In this document: positions 54,196 through 62,566 of the stretch, piece by piece | How positions within the stretch are numbered: the first letter of the stretch is position 1 | Layout: every line of letters begins with the position of its first letter | Source of the DNA: a virus | Lineage: Duplodnaviria > Caudoviricetes | Length of the DNA: 64,000 bases | IMG/VR virus record: IMGVR_UViG_3300035661_000004 | Direction: 5' to 3' (one strand) | Notes under the pieces: model-generated | Seen by the model: the letters and a program-made list of their open reading frames with translations, nothing else | What the model was told of the DNA's origin: nothing | Databases searched by the model: none | Position numbers and translations under genes: made by a program

Positions 54196-55638
54196 ATGTC
54201 TAAAAAATGTACCATTGTCATTGATGATGAAGTAAATTGCCGAATCGGTGGTTTGCATCCCGGACATCTTGAAGTTCTTTGGAACAAATTCGGCTTTTAT
54301 GTCGAAGGCTACCGTTATATGCCTCAATTTCAGCTGGGCAGGTGGAGTGGCAAGGTCCATTTTATGGACCAGCAAGGCAAGACCTACACAAAGCTGCTTG
54401 TCGAGATCCTCCCTTACCTTGTGGTTTGGGAGTATGACATCGACTTCGATGATCGGCGCTTGCCGGTCAAAGCCATCACCGAGGTGGCGACCGAGGACAT
54501 GTTCCAGACCGAGTTCAAGTTCAGGCCGTACCAGCTCAACGTCATCAACAAGCTGTTGCAAGAAGGCTCGGGCTTCGGCATCTGTGCTACGGGCTCAGGG
54601 AAGACTTCAATGTGCGCCGCGATGGCGTACCTGCTTGCCAAGCAGGGGTTTCAGGTCATCATCATCGTACCGTCAGGCGACCTGATCACCCAAACAGTGA
54701 CTGAGTTTGAGGAGAGGCTGGTCAACATCAAGGGTGACCTGACCATCGGCTCCTACTCAGGCAGCGAGAAGAACATCGACCACCCGATCGTTGTTGCTAC
54801 CTGGCAGTCCCTGCAGAACGCCCCGCACTACATGGCCTACTTCCAAGCGGTCATCGTAGACGAGGCTCACGGCGCTAAGGCCGATGTTATCAAGAAGCTG
54901 ATCAACGAGCACGGCAAGCACATCGCCTACCGCTACGGCGTCACCGGCACCTTCCCGAAGCCTGAGACAGACCAGTACTCGCTGCGGACCTCCATCGGGC
55001 CGATCCATGTCACGGTTGATGCGGCTTGGCTGATCAGCCAGGGCTACCTGTCAAGCATCAACATCACCGACATCGAGATTCAGGACCTGGTAGAGGAGGA
55101 GTTCCCTGACTATCAGTCAGAGCGAGCTTACCTTTCAAAGAACACCGACCGTCTTGAGCTGATCGCCAAGCTGATCATGCAGAAGCGCGACGAGGTCGGC
55201 AACACGCTGGTGCTTGTCAACAGCATTGTGCAGGGGCAGGCGCTCGAGGAGCTGATTCCAGGCGCTGTCTTCCTCTTTGGTGAGTCTGAAAATGACTTGC
55301 GGAAGCAGAACTACCAAGAGTACGCCGAGCGGGACAACATCATCCTGATCGCCTCCGTCGGCATCGCATCGACCGGCATCTCGATCGACCGCATCTTCTG
55401 CCAATGGCTTATCGACACCGGCAAGTCATTCGTTAAGTGCATCCAGTCTGTAGGTCGTGGCCTGCGAAAGAAGGGTGACAAGAAACATATCGAAGTCTAT
55501 GACGTGCACTCGAAGCTGAAGTTCAGTAAAAAGCACTTCAAGAAGCGGAAAGAGTACTACCAGGAGGCTGGATACCCCATCTCCAAGCCTGTCAAAGTCA
55601 AGTACACCGAAGCGTCCAAGCCAGGGCTGCTTAGCTAA
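54196..55638 (+). CDS. uvsW: SF2 DNA helicase UvsW
   Basis: FRPYQ, CATGSGKT, VATWQS, VIVDEAHG, GVTGT, STGISI, QSVGRGLR. Confidence 0.95.
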   Translation: MSKKCTIVIDDEVNCRIGGLHPGHLEVLWNKFGFYVEGYRYMPQFQLGRWSGKVHFMDQQGKTYTKLLVEILPYLVVWEYDIDFDDRRLPVKAITEVATEDMFQTEFKFRPYQLNVINKLLQEGSGFGICATGSGKTSMCAAMAYLLAKQGFQVIIIVPSGDLITQTVTEFEERLVNIKGDLTIGSYSGSEKNIDHPIVVATWQSLQNAPHYMAYFQAVIVDEAHGAKADVIKKLINEHGKHIAYRYGVTGTFPKPETDQYSLRTSIGPIHVTVDAAWLISQGYLSSINITDIEIQDLVEEEFPDYQSERAYLSKNTDRLELIAKLIMQKRDEVGNTLVLVNSIVQGQALEELIPGAVFLFGESENDLRKQNYQEYAERDNIILIASVGIASTGISIDRIFCQWLIDTGKSFVKCIQSVGRGLRKKGDKKHIEVYDVHSKLKFSKKHFKKRKEYYQEAGYPISKPVKVKYTEASKPGLLS

Positions 55639-55653
55639 CCAAGGAAACCCACC

Positions 55654-56010
55654 ATGTCCCTCAATCTCGACCTCCACCAACTGAAGCAAGCAGTCGCCAT
55701 CCTCGGCGGCGACTATGAGACCCAGCTCACTATCAAGCAGTTTGCCGACGGCTCCGTCCACGCCTGGGTCGCTGAGTACCCAGATGAAGGCTCTGTCCTG
55801 CTCGTGCCCGCGCCTGAGGCCATCAAGCAGATCGAGCAAGAGACGCCGTTCACCGTCATGATCAACACGCTCGCAGATCCGCTGGCTTTGGTTGGCACCT
55901 TTGCGAAGGCTGAGCCAGGCGCTGAGCGTCAGGTCTACAGCCTCGACGTCGGCCTGACGCAAGGAGAGGTAGACGCGATCTGGGCAGCGGCCATCAAGCG
56001 CCTGGTCTGA
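55654..56010 (+). CDS. Hypothetical protein
   Basis: 118 aa, AAGGA SD. Confidence 0.7.
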   Translation: MSLNLDLHQLKQAVAILGGDYETQLTIKQFADGSVHAWVAEYPDEGSVLLVPAPEAIKQIEQETPFTVMINTLADPLALVGTFAKAEPGAERQVYSLDVGLTQGEVDAIWAAAIKRLV

Positions 56011-56012
56011 CC

Positions 56013-56450
56013 ATGCAGCTCTACACAATGGTCTTCGCCTTTGACCCTAACGGACGGGTGGCTCTGATCAAGAAGAATCGTCCTGACTACCTCGCAGGTA
56101 AGTGGAACGGGATCGGCGGCAAGGTAGAACCAGGCGAAGCCATTGAGGACGCTGCCGTGCGCGAGGTGCACGAGGAATCGGGGCTCGATTTGCTGACCTC
56201 TGAGCTCACCAGGTGCGGTGTTTTCACGGTGCAGGACAAGTATGAGATTCATATCTTCAGAGCTGTCATCCCGGTGGATCAGCTTTACTCGGCTTACACG
56301 GTCACGGACGAAGAGGTGCGGACCTTCCATCCTAGCGAGGTGCACGTCATTACGATGGATCAGCATTCGCTGATGTTCTACCAAGCCGCCGTCATTAGCG
56401 TTAACCACCACGCAAACCACCGCATGAATTTTCAATTCGTTTCGTTCTAG
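56013..56450 (+). CDS. NUDIX hydrolase (MutT-like)
   Basis: Nudix box GGKVEPGEAIEDAAVREVHEESGL. Confidence 0.92.
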   Translation: MQLYTMVFAFDPNGRVALIKKNRPDYLAGKWNGIGGKVEPGEAIEDAAVREVHEESGLDLLTSELTRCGVFTVQDKYEIHIFRAVIPVDQLYSAYTVTDEEVRTFHPSEVHVITMDQHSLMFYQAAVISVNHHANHRMNFQFVSF

Positions 56451-56470
56451 CGGTATAATCCAAGGACTAC

Positions 56471-56977
56471 ATGCAAATTCTTCCTGACTACGGCTTTGCG
56501 TTCGCCATCGATGACGTAACAACACCCGTTATTCCTAAGTACGCTTGGTTCTACGACGTGCAGGTAAATGACTTTCTTCTCAGGCCGATTCACATGCTTG
56601 AGGAGACAACCGGCCCGACGGTGACCGCTCGGATCAACGGCACGGTCATCTCAGTGCCTGCGAGCTGGTACATACTGATCGTTGATGACGACACGCGCAC
56701 CGTAGACACGGTGCCGATCACTCAATGCGCCTCTTCGGCCTTCAAGGCTTACTTGATGCACCCAAGGCTGAACCGCTACGAAGCTGTAGCTGTCGAGCTG
56801 ATGGACTTGGACTACAACGGCGTTGTTGTTCACCTGGCCATCCCGCGCTTGACCATGATCTGTCATCCGGTTGGGCAGACCATGTCGAGCAAGGACTTGC
56901 CGATGAACGTCCTGCTCGGCCCGCAAGACCTGGGCAAGCACATGGTCAACATGAGCGCGCAGGAGCTGCTGATTTGA
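56471..56977 (+). CDS. Hypothetical protein
   Basis: 168 aa, AAGGA SD, possible TTCAAT-N17-TATAAT promoter upstream. Confidence 0.7.
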   Translation: MQILPDYGFAFAIDDVTTPVIPKYAWFYDVQVNDFLLRPIHMLEETTGPTVTARINGTVISVPASWYILIVDDDTRTVDTVPITQCASSAFKAYLMHPRLNRYEAVAVELMDLDYNGVVVHLAIPRLTMICHPVGQTMSSKDLPMNVLLGPQDLGKHMVNMSAQELLI

Positions 56978-56988
56978 AGCCGCTGACG

Positions 56989-57579
56989 ATGAGTCATCGT
57001 GTGGCTTGCCAAAGCCTTGTGAGCCTTGTCGGCACAGCAATGCTAATTGAAGTACCCAGCGAGCTTAAGTCGAGCGTCACAGCCGCGGCTGAATCGTTGC
57101 ATAAGTGGAAGCTTGTCAGCCGGCGTAAGGAGGATCGTGACATTCCTCAGTATGAGGATGCATACCTCGAGACGGTCGCTGAAGTCAACGTCTGGCGTTA
57201 CTTGGTAGCTCATCGGTTCAACGCCCATTGGATGGGCTTTGGCAGCACTAACACCGGCGCATATGACATCATCGTAGCTACGTATGATGAGCCGATGAAG
57301 CTTGACGTTAAGTTGTCTAAGCGGTCGGTTTATGCTGGCACCACGTCTATCATGAACAGCGAGCATGCGGCGATCTTTGGCTCGTATGATTCGTTGAGCA
57401 ATCCCACCCCACCTACGGATCCAAACGTGATCCACGTGCGCGTAGTACTTGATGAATGCAGCGGTGCGAGCGCATTAACCCTCTCTCAAGTGTTTTATGC
57501 TCGACAGCAATCTTGGATTGACTCAAAGCGCGACACTATCTCAAAATTCATCAGCTTGAAAGATATTATTCCGCTATGA
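56989..57579 (+). CDS. Putative PD-(D/E)xK nuclease-like protein (start uncertain, 56989 or 57040)
   Basis: AEVNVWRYL...GAYDII...KLDVKLS pattern. Confidence 0.45.
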   Translation: MSHRVACQSLVSLVGTAMLIEVPSELKSSVTAAAESLHKWKLVSRRKEDRDIPQYEDAYLETVAEVNVWRYLVAHRFNAHWMGFGSTNTGAYDIIVATYDEPMKLDVKLSKRSVYAGTTSIMNSEHAAIFGSYDSLSNPTPPTDPNVIHVRVVLDECSGASALTLSQVFYARQQSWIDSKRDTISKFISLKDIIPL

Positions 57580-58154
57580 GCAACATCCTCAATTTCTTGG
57601 CCAACAAGGCTGACGCGCCCGGAGGCACGTATGTCGGCGCCAACGTCGAAGACTTCAACGCCGAGCACTGTGCACTGTTCAAGAGCCTGTCATGCATTGC
57701 AGGTTCAAGGGTAGCTAGCGAGAAGCTGCACATCACGGTTGTCTACAGCAAGGGCACGGTTGTCGAGCCCGACCTGCTCAAGCCTGCGTTCGACTCTTAC
57801 AAGCTGCCGCTCAAGGCCAAGATCATCGGAGCTGCAGCCTTTGACGCCGTGCCTCGCGAAGACGGCACCCGAGCCGATGACGTGAGCACGTTGGTGCTGA
57901 AGCTTGAATGTTCTGAGCTCATGCAGCTGCACGCTGCTTGCAAGGATCTGGGTTGCACCCACACTTACCCCGAGCTCAGCCCGCATGTCTCGCTCTGCTA
58001 CGACGTGCCGAAGGCTGAGTGCCATTCGGCGGTCGATGACCTCAACAGCAAGATTGCAAGTCTGAGCGAGCCGTTGTACGTCAACATCACCAAGCTCTTT
58101 ACCGAGCCGATCAAGACGGACTGGGTGAAGGCAAACTTCAAGAAGGCAGCATGA
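57576..58154 (+). CDS. acb1: 2H phosphodiesterase, anti-CBASS Acb1 / T4 57B-like
   Basis: Two HxT/S motifs: KLHITVVYSK and SPHVSLCY; LVLKLEC spacing fits the family. Confidence 0.8.
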   Translation: MSNILNFLANKADAPGGTYVGANVEDFNAEHCALFKSLSCIAGSRVASEKLHITVVYSKGTVVEPDLLKPAFDSYKLPLKAKIIGAAAFDAVPREDGTRADDVSTLVLKLECSELMQLHAACKDLGCTHTYPELSPHVSLCYDVPKAECHSAVDDLNSKIASLSEPLYVNITKLFTEPIKTDWVKANFKKAA

Positions 58155-58633
58155 ACTACTTTGAGTATTTTCGCTCCGCTACCAAGCCGTTCTTCATCGC
58201 CTGCACCCCGGCTCCTAGCACCGACGGTCCTGTCACCAACCTTACCATCACGGTTTGCAAAGGTGAGCCATTAGAGCTGACCTTTGATGAACTGTGGGGC
58301 GAGTTTGAAGTCGTGCCCGAACGAGTCGCTGACTCGGTGACCACGGCCATCAGGGCCGTCAACGTGCTGCGCAACAGCATCGCCGCGCGGTCCCGGCGAG
58401 TCTTCGGCAACCTACTGTTCACGGCTGACGCTGAGTTCATTGAACTGCTGAAGACACAGCACGGCTCGCAAGATATAACCTATGTGCATGCGCCAGAGCT
58501 ACCGGTCGGTGAGCTGCGCATGGCGCTTTTTTCATCAAAGAACAGTGCCATAGAGGGTGGTATCGCCTGGCATGACGGCCAGCTGTACGCTCACGAAGGC
58601 TACTTGAATTACTTCGCTCGTATGGTGCTCTGA
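58151..58633 (+). CDS. Hypothetical protein
   Basis: 160 aa, ATGA-coupled. Confidence 0.65.
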   Translation: MNYFEYFRSATKPFFIACTPAPSTDGPVTNLTITVCKGEPLELTFDELWGEFEVVPERVADSVTTAIRAVNVLRNSIAARSRRVFGNLLFTADAEFIELLKTQHGSQDITYVHAPELPVGELRMALFSSKNSAIEGGIAWHDGQLYAHEGYLNYFARMVL

Positions 58634-59184
58634 TGACTGACGCCATCCGTGCTGAGTTTGAAGAGATCGTGCAACGCCTACAGGCTAACGGCATGATCCC
58701 TAAGCCTACCTCGCCTAAGGACGAGTCAGTGCGTGACAGGGTGCTGACTCGCTTCAGGCTAGGCTCGAAGACCAAGGCGCCAGTTGGTGCAGGTAACTAT
58801 ACACCTGGCGTCAAGGTACTTATCATTGGTGAGCAGACCAGCCACCCAGAGGTCAACAAGTACCATGCGCCGTTCTGTTCGATCAAGGCTTGCTCAGGTT
58901 GGCTCAACGCTCAGCTCTGCGACGCTAAGATTGACGAGAAGGATCTCTTCTGGGTCAACGCTCTTGACAATGACGGCACGCCTGTTGACCTAGGTGCGAT
59001 GTACAGCTATCTCAAGCCGCAGTTCGTGTTTGCCCTAGGCAAGGTCGCTGAGCGTCAGCTTGAGAAGCACAAGGTCCCTTACACAGCCTTCGCTCACCCG
59101 CAATACTGGAAGCGATTTAAGAGCAAAGAGCCTTACCCCTTCATTCAGGTACTGCAAATTGCAACTAAAGGCATGCCGCAATAG
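58633..59184 (+). CDS. Uracil-DNA-glycosylase-superfamily (family 4-like) protein
   Basis: VLIIGEQ, APF...SGWLNAQL, LFWVNA, VFALGKVA, FAHPQY. Confidence 0.7.
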   Translation: MTDAIRAEFEEIVQRLQANGMIPKPTSPKDESVRDRVLTRFRLGSKTKAPVGAGNYTPGVKVLIIGEQTSHPEVNKYHAPFCSIKACSGWLNAQLCDAKIDEKDLFWVNALDNDGTPVDLGAMYSYLKPQFVFALGKVAERQLEKHKVPYTAFAHPQYWKRFKSKEPYPFIQVLQIATKGMPQ

Positions 59185-59221
59185 TTCACCTGCGGGCAAA
59201 GCTGTGTTACAATCCGAGACC

Positions 59222-59374
59222 ATGTTTACCCTCCGCAACACCCTTCTGACGGTTGTCGTGCTCTACGGAGCGTCCGCTGTTGCTTGCCTCAGGTTGTGGC
59301 TCGCAGATGACATTGTCCTCTTGATGCTTGCGGCTGTACCCTTCCTCTACTACATGATCGTTAAGGTGCGCTGA
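59222..59374 (+). CDS. Small two-TM membrane protein
   Basis: MFTLRNTLLTVVVLYGASAVA...VLLMLAAVPFLYYMIVKVR; possible promoter TTCACC-N17-TACAAT upstream. Confidence 0.55.
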   Translation: MFTLRNTLLTVVVLYGASAVACLRLWLADDIVLLMLAAVPFLYYMIVKVR

Positions 59375-59375
59375 C

Positions 59376-60524
59376 ATGGCAATTTGGACCCTCGATGACT
59401 TTAAGGGCAAGAAGGTCGGCATCGACCTCCTGCAACGACGCCTGACCGATGACGAGCACTCGCACGGCAACTCGTGGGCTCAGCTCCGATCCAACCAGAT
59501 GGTCAACCTCGGCGTTGACTGCGAGACCATCCATGAAGGCAGCAAGCCTGAAGCCGAGTACACGGCTTGGGATCAGTATGACGTCATCCTGCTCTACCAG
59601 GACATGGCGATGCAGAACTTCGTCGACAGCAACATCGTCAACGTCTACGACATCGGCTTGGACAAGTCCGCGTGGTACTTCCAGCGGATTATGTGGGACA
59701 AGCACAAGCACATCAAGATCGTGTCGCTTGATTGGCCGATGCTCGACTACGGTAAGCGTGGCCGTTACAAGTCTACACGCCCGGTCTGCTCCGACGCCTG
59801 GCGCGCCACCGACTGGGAGAAGTACCAGGAGAAGTGCGACCAGATCCTGGCCGACGAGTACGTGCTTGACCCAGGCTTCACCTACGCCAAGGGCAAGGTT
59901 AGGCACCTGGTCATGGGCGACTCGCACGCTCACTCGGCCTACAAGGCAGGCTCAATGGTGCTGCGCAAGGACGGGCGCACGCTCGCCGGCGTCATCAAGA
60001 AGGGACTTCTCAATGAGATCACCGGCGCAGGCTTTGACCTGGCTGACATCGACACGCTGACCTGCTACTACGGCAGCATCGACATTCGTCACCACCTTTG
60101 CCGTGACCCTGACCCCAAAGCCGCATGCGCCAAGCTGCTGGCCGACTACGAGCAGGCCCTCCTCCTGGCCGGGCGGCCGATTGAGCTGGTGACTCCGCTG
60201 CCCATCGAGGACGAGTCCCGCGTGGTTCCGAAGATGGGCTGGTACAAGGGCACGCCGTTCTTCGGCACCCGCCTCGAGCGTAAAGCGGTGCTGGACCAGT
60301 TCATCGCTGGGCTACATGACATCGCCGCTCGCAACAGCTGGACGGTGTTCAGCTGGCCTGAGAGCTGGTACGCCATGGACCCAGTGGACTTCATGAAGTT
60401 CATGGAGCGCCCACGTTCGGTCCACCTTGGCTGGTGCAACTACCGTTGGGACTTGAAGGGCAACAGGCCCAACCCCGTCCACCAGAAGGTAGTCCCCGTC
60501 GTTTCAAACCTCTTGGAGTTCTGA
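59376..60524 (+). CDS. T4-like phage protein with SGNH-like GDSH motif; candidate DNA-modification enzyme
   Basis: HSHGNSWA, LVMGDSHAHSAY, RKDGRTLAG, YYGSIDIRHHLCR, PLPIEDESR, YKGTPFFG, MERPRSVHL; family recalled from memory, function not established. Confidence 0.6.
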   Translation: MAIWTLDDFKGKKVGIDLLQRRLTDDEHSHGNSWAQLRSNQMVNLGVDCETIHEGSKPEAEYTAWDQYDVILLYQDMAMQNFVDSNIVNVYDIGLDKSAWYFQRIMWDKHKHIKIVSLDWPMLDYGKRGRYKSTRPVCSDAWRATDWEKYQEKCDQILADEYVLDPGFTYAKGKVRHLVMGDSHAHSAYKAGSMVLRKDGRTLAGVIKKGLLNEITGAGFDLADIDTLTCYYGSIDIRHHLCRDPDPKAACAKLLADYEQALLLAGRPIELVTPLPIEDESRVVPKMGWYKGTPFFGTRLERKAVLDQFIAGLHDIAARNSWTVFSWPESWYAMDPVDFMKFMERPRSVHLGWCNYRWDLKGNRPNPVHQKVVPVVSNLLEF

Positions 60525-60525
60525 C

Positions 60526-60753
60526 ATGGCTGAACAACGTGTGGTCATCGTCTTCCTGCCTCGCAAGGGGCAGCCGTGAGAATCACCTTTTCGCGCTGCC
60601 TTCATGGGCTTTGGCACCATCATCGAGCTCGAGGACGGCACCGTCACCTCGGTTGACATGCACAGCATGAAGTTCGAAACCTTCAACCCAGTGCTCAACC
60701 CGACTCCTGCCATGATTGCGCGCGCTGCGAAACGGCCGCCCTATCCCTTCTAA
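60526..60753 (+). pseudogene. Small gene interrupted by an in-frame TGA (60577-60579)
   Basis: GGAG SD; MAEQRVVIVFLPRKGQP*ESPFRAAFMGFGTIIELEDG...PYPF* in a single frame that exactly fills the operon gap. Confidence 0.65.
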
Positions 60754-60754
60754 C

Positions 60755-61204
60755 ATGAAATCGCTGACCAACGTTATCAAGCTGGCTTACAAGAAAGCTG
60801 CAGCTCGTAAGTGGGACCGCATCTACTGGGCGATTGACATCCACGAGACCATCCTCGTGCCGTCATATGACAGCAAGGTCCTGGGCGTTCACTACCCGCT
60901 GGTGATTGAAAGCTTGAAGCTGATCCTCAGCTTCCCTGAGTCACGGATCATCCTTTGGTCCTCCCTCAGCCCAGAAGACATGCAGCGGCACAAGGACCAC
61001 ATCTTCAAGGACATCTTCTCTCCCAAGGAGCAGGACTGCGTCTACCTCAACTGCAATCCCGAGTGCGGTGAGACCGAGTACGCAAGCTTTAACCAGAAGT
61101 TCTACTTCAACGTCCTGCTAGATGACAAGGCTGGCTTTGACGCCGAGACCGACTGGAAGACGGTCATTGACACCCTCACCGCCTACCGCCGGCCGCTACC
61201 CTAA
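60755..61204 (+). CDS. HAD-superfamily phosphatase-like protein
   Basis: WAIDIHETIL (DxD variant), ILWSS, LLDDKAGF. Confidence 0.7.
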   Translation: MKSLTNVIKLAYKKAAARKWDRIYWAIDIHETILVPSYDSKVLGVHYPLVIESLKLILSFPESRIILWSSLSPEDMQRHKDHIFKDIFSPKEQDCVYLNCNPECGETEYASFNQKFYFNVLLDDKAGFDAETDWKTVIDTLTAYRRPLP

Positions 61205-61211
61205 ATAGCCA

Positions 61212-61442
61212 ATGACTGACTGCATTTGCAAAGGCAAAGGCAACTGGCGCGCTATTGTCGCCGAAGTTGAACCGCTGCTCGACACCAAGTTCATCGACGA
61301 TGACGGCTACATCTGGGTCCTCTACGGCTTGGTGCACGGCAAGGATGACTATTACTACGGCATGCGCCGCCTTGACGGCAAGACGACGCTGCTGTCTTGC
61401 GTTGGCAACCTGCAAGCACACGGATTTGAGCCGCACCCATGA
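61212..61442 (+). CDS. Small hypothetical protein
   Basis: 76 aa, TAAATA 4 nt upstream. Confidence 0.65.
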   Translation: MTDCICKGKGNWRAIVAEVEPLLDTKFIDDDGYIWVLYGLVHGKDDYYYGMRRLDGKTTLLSCVGNLQAHGFEPHP

Positions 61443-62566
61443 CAGTCCTCAACTACCTTGACCGCTCCCGCTGGGACCAGTTCTGCTACTTCCTCAAGCA
61501 GATGAACGTCCGAGGTCTTGCGGCTCACTACAACAAGACCTACAGCTACACCACGGCCCTCTCGCCGGACGTTATGTACTTCCAGCCGCTGGTCTTAGCG
61601 CCGTCTGACCGCCGGATGCTGGCGCGCGACATCATCGGCGTTCCGTCAAGCCAGCTCTCACCCGAGGACAAGGTCTGCAACGCGTCGTTGTCTTACTGGT
61701 ATGGCCCGACCTACATCCTGACCTACTTGACCGGGATCACCGACACAGCCAAGGCGCACATAGACTTTGACCGTGTCTACGATGACCAGGACTACGTCGA
61801 GTCCCTGCGAGCCAACATCGCCTTTGCCCGCAAGCACAAGCATCCCATCTGGACTACGACTGAGCTACACACGTCGATCCAGACAGAAGGCCGCAACTAC
61901 TGCAAGCAGAAGTACAACGACCCGGCCCGCAAGGCTGACTCGTTGGACATCGTCGAGTGGATGGCTCACCTCAAGCGTAACGGCTGGGTGAAGAAGGTCA
62001 TCGAGGCGAAGACCCTCGAAGACGCTTACAAGGCTTACTGCGAGCCTCGAGGTGTAGGCCCGTACTTCGGCGGCAACGCTGTCATGATGGCCGCCAACCT
62101 CAAGGAAGCCGCATACTCGCACGAAGAAAGCTTCTGCGCAGCTGGCGGCGGCGCGATCGCCACGCTTGACTGGCTGTTTGAGCCGATGAAGAGCGCCGGC
62201 GTCAAGCTGAATCCCAATAAGCTCATTAACCTCCTCGTTGAGCATCAAGACACTCTGATGCCTGATGTCAAGGTGCCGGTTGAGTTCCAAAACTTGGACG
62301 GCTGGGACGGCAAGATTCTCAAGAAGGACCAAACCTTCTATACGGCCAACAGCTTAGAGGTAGGTTTGTGCCAGTGCAGCGTCTACAACAAGTTCCTCAA
62401 GGAGCCTGAGGCGATGAAGCGGCGCAAGGACGTGACCTACGACCTGACGCCGTTTAAGCTGCGGGAGCAGGGTGTTGCGGCCGATGACATCCCAACGGGT
62501 GACTACGGCAAGACCGTGGACATGAAGCCGGAACCGCCGTTCAGGCTCGACCTGCTCGAGTTCTGA
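61439..62566 (+). CDS. HhH-fold alpha-glutamyl/putrescinyl thymine pyrophosphorylase (aGPT-Pplase)-like protein; candidate DNA base-modification transferase
   Basis: KTLEDAYKAYCEPRGVGPYFG (HhH-like), CAAGGGAIATLDWLF (GPGA-like), LEVGLCQCSVYNK (IExxLCExxKY-like). Confidence 0.6.
   Translation: MTVLNYLDRSRWDQFCYFLKQMNVRGLAAHYNKTYSYTTALSPDVMYFQPLVLAPSDRRMLARDIIGVPSSQLSPEDKVCNASLSYWYGPTYILTYLTGITDTAKAHIDFDRVYDDQDYVESLRANIAFARKHKHPIWTTTELHTSIQTEGRNYCKQKYNDPARKADSLDIVEWMAHLKRNGWVKKVIEAKTLEDAYKAYCEPRGVGPYFGGNAVMMAANLKEAAYSHEESFCAAGGGAIATLDWLFEPMKSAGVKLNPNKLINLLVEHQDTLMPDVKVPVEFQNLDGWDGKILKKDQTFYTANSLEVGLCQCSVYNKFLKEPEAMKRRKDVTYDLTPFKLREQGVAADDIPTGDYGKTVDMKPEPPFRLDLLEF

Noticed and set aside
46196-55638. 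Inteins or group I introns in terminase, uvsX or uvsW
   Set aside because: Lengths are ordinary and motifs contiguous; the endonucleases present are free-standing.
13673-60753. Stop-codon reassignment (TAG or TGA read as sense), suggested by in-frame TAG at 13847 and 36599 and TGA at 34466 and 60577
   Set aside because: TGA ends many genes in ATGA overlaps (3873, 4442, 17923) and TAG ends apparently complete genes (9373, 51990, 56450, 59184). No long core ORF needs read-through, and frameshift lesions are equally common.
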